Virus record (IMG/VR): IMGVR_UViG_3300025112_000010
Location: 1-64,000 of that record
Length of the DNA: 64,000 nucleotides
Source of the DNA: a virus
Reading direction: 5' to 3' (one strand)
Shown piece after piece: positions 62,151-64,000 of the stretch. Numbering within the stretch: the first letter of the stretch is position 1; every line of letters begins with the position of its first letter. A program made the position numbers and the translations under genes. Under the pieces are notes generated by a model that was not told where the DNA came from, searched no databases, and saw only the letters and a list, made by a program, of their open reading frames with translations.

Positions 62151-63985
62151 TAAGTGGTCTCCGTGATACTGGTTGGCGAGGTAGCATCATCCAGCGTATA
62201 AGTCTTCGCCGTTGTAGCTCCGTCAAGCTCTTTCAAGGTCTTGGTTGTACCGCTGATTGAGGACTCACCTAAGTGGGCAATTATCTCATAAAGCAATTGT
62301 GCCGCAGTACCGGTCGATCCCGTTGATCGGTAAGCTTCCGTAAGAGCCGTCGTAAAGATGTCGCTTACGGAGAGATCATTCAGAGCTGCAATCGCTGACT
62401 GGGAAGCGTCGTGTTCAGTCTGCGAGAGTGCTGCTGTCATCGGGACAACTGTGTTGGCACCATCGGTGCCTCTCATGTCGGTGTTCGTAGTAGTGGTGTC
62501 TACTAGATCCACATTTACTACAGCCCCGGACAAGGTTGTAATAGCACCTGCTGAAACGATGTCGGTCGCGGCTATGTTATTCAAAGCGGTGATAGCCGTC
62601 TGCGTAGCATCATGCTCTGCCTGCGAGAGCGAGGCTGTCATAGGAACAACGGTGTTGGCACTGTCCGTGCCTCGCATCGCGGACCCGTTAAGTCCTGTTA
62701 CATCTGTGGTGATGTCGGTAAGGGAGTGCGTATCCTTTGCAAAGCCTGTACCCTTCACATCTGTAAGGTGTGTGATGATAGTAGTTTGATTAGCCGCTGT
62801 AGCGTCTCCACCCCCGCCCCCGCCGCTGCCGACATCGTCTACGGTCTTAGTAGTTACAGCATCAGCATTGTCGAAGAACACTTCAAAGTTTGTAGAAATA
62901 TTGTTCGCTGTGCTTTCCTCAATTGTGTTGTTGAGATAACCTTGTACAAGGCTGTCGGCTGCTCCACCAGCGGAGATTACCATCGAACTCCAGTTAGAGG
63001 GAGCGGACGCAGCAAGTAATGCAGAGTCCGTTCCTCGCATGTCCGTATTAGTTGTGGTGGTAGTAACCAAGTCCACAGTGTCAACATTAACAACAGCGCC
63101 GGAGAGTGTTGTTATAGCTCCGGCTGAAACGATGTCAGTCGCGGCGATGTCATTCAAACCTGTGATCGCAGATTGCGTTGCGTCATGCTCCGTCTGCGAG
63201 AGGGCTGCGGTCATAGGTACAACAGTGTTTGCAGAGTCGGTGCCTCGCATATCAGTATTTGTAGTGGTAGTAGTGACTAGGTCAACTAGATCCACATTAA
63301 CCACCGCACCTGACAAGGTTGTAATCGCCCCTGCCGAAACAATGTCAGTTGCCGCAATATCGTTGAGCCCTGTGATCGCAGACTGTGTTGCGTCATGCTC
63401 TGTTTGACTAAGAGCCGCTGTCATAGGCACAACGGTATTTGCACCATCCGTTCCCCGCATATCAGTATTTGTTGTACACGTTCCGATTGTTGAGTTGGAC
63501 TTGTTGTAGCCAGTTCCGTTGTAGTCAAGAGCTACGTTCGCAGATACCGTGCTACTATCGTAAATTGAGTAAGTATCCACTTGCGGGAGTGAACCACTAC
63601 TGATTCCCATTGAAGCAGATGCCGCACCCCAGTCTTGACAATTAACATCAGGATAATTACCGCTCATAGTAACGGCTGTTCCTAGCCACTCGCCAATATC
63701 AACTCGTTCGTTTGAATCTACAAAAGCAAGATTTGAGTTCGTCAGAGTTCCGGTCACGTTGCCAAAGTCTACTCCTGCCTCTCCTGTAGCTGCAACGTCG
63801 AGCGTTCGTCCTGCCGTTGTTGCTTGTAATGGTCCTTCAGCAGAGGCTCCGTACATCGCGTCATACACAGCTTCTTCAACGACGTGCCAAGTCATCTTGA
63901 CCAGCAAGGCACCTGATTCATGGACAGACAAAACAAGCTGTCCAACCGTGTTCGTATCAGTAGCATCGAACTCGCAGTTATACAT
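62150..63985 (-). CDS. Fiber-like structural protein with four tandem ~63-aa repeats (NTDMRGTDxANTVVPMTAALSQTEHDATQSAI...).
   Basis: Repeats in the translation; ~190-nt DNA repeats at 62400..63430. Confidence 0.6.
   Translation of the reverse strand: MYNCEFDATDTNTVGQLVLSVHESGALLVKMTWHVVEEAVYDAMYGASAEGPLQATTAGRTLDVAATGEAGVDFGNVTGTLTNSNLAFVDSNERVDIGEWLGTAVTMSGNYPDVNCQDWGAASASMGISSGSLPQVDTYSIYDSSTVSANVALDYNGTGYNKSNSTIGTCTTNTDMRGTDGANTVVPMTAALSQTEHDATQSAITGLNDIAATDIVSAGAITTLSGAVVNVDLVDLVTTTTTNTDMRGTDSANTVVPMTAALSQTEHDATQSAITGLNDIAATDIVSAGAITTLSGAVVNVDTVDLVTTTTTNTDMRGTDSALLAASAPSNWSSMVISAGGAADSLVQGYLNNTIEESTANNISTNFEVFFDNADAVTTKTVDDVGSGGGGGGDATAANQTTIITHLTDVKGTGFAKDTHSLTDITTDVTGLNGSAMRGTDSANTVVPMTASLSQAEHDATQTAITALNNIAATDIVSAGAITTLSGAVVNVDLVDTTTTNTDMRGTDGANTVVPMTAALSQTEHDASQSAIAALNDLSVSDIFTTALTEAYRSTGSTGTAAQLLYEIIAHLGESSISGTTKTLKELDGATTAKTYTLDDATSPTSITETT
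62400..63430. repeat. Four near-identical ~190-nt tandem coding repeats inside the fiber gene.
   Basis: Read directly. Confidence 0.7.
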
Positions 63986-64000
63986 TCCAATTTCGTCGTG

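Noticed and set aside
62150-63985. Diversity-generating retroelement (DGR) targeting the fiber repeats
   Set aside because: The repeats are tandem and near-identical, not a template/variable pair with A-specific mismatches. No reverse transcriptase is present.

Overview
The window looks like a large tailed dsDNA phage or prophage segment (roughly 50-58% GC), with almost every gene on the minus strand.

In plus-strand order it contains:
- (a) A roughly 1.3 kb non-coding left end (1-1290): five perfect 24-bp tandem repeats, paired direct and inverted repeats, G-runs and T-rich iterons. This is a candidate genome terminus, origin or packaging region.
- (b) An early region (about 1.3-16.2 kb) of roughly 35 small unknown genes, 15 of which each carry their own copy of a conserved ~100-nt promoter and 5-prime UTR cassette. 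Two DNA methyltransferase-related genes sit here: a Dam-like MTase and a MazG-like NTP pyrophosphohydrolase.
- (c) A tightly coupled operon encoding an SPFH protein, an HTH-metallophosphoesterase, an HD phosphohydrolase and a dNMP-kinase-like P-loop protein.
- (d) A vWA (CobT-like) plus MoxR/CobS-like AAA+ pair, flanked by three proteins that each carry a SWIM-type CxC...CxH zinc finger.
- (e) A replication and recombination module: RusA, a Cas4-like nuclease, a RecA-like recombinase, an SF2 helicase, a second MTase, a family A DNA polymerase, an SSB candidate, a DnaG-like primase, a DnaB-like helicase and a DnaC-like loader.
- (f) Glycosyltransferase (GT) genes embedded in the tail module: a family 1 GT (GT1) fused to a SAM-MTase domain, a GT-A/family 2 GT (GT2)-like protein and a family 9 GT (GT9) heptosyltransferase-like protein, plus a sulfotransferase-like gene.
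- (g) A tail morphogenesis module: a 1339-aa tape measure protein, a tail chaperone pair with a candidate -1 frameshift, tail-tube and connector-like genes, and a repeat-rich fiber.

No rRNA, tRNA or CRISPR array could be supported.

Three sequence families recur: the promoter cassette, a CTCCTA-N-TAGGAG palindrome placed before eight gene starts, and an AAATAAAGGGGG(A/T)AGGG motif.
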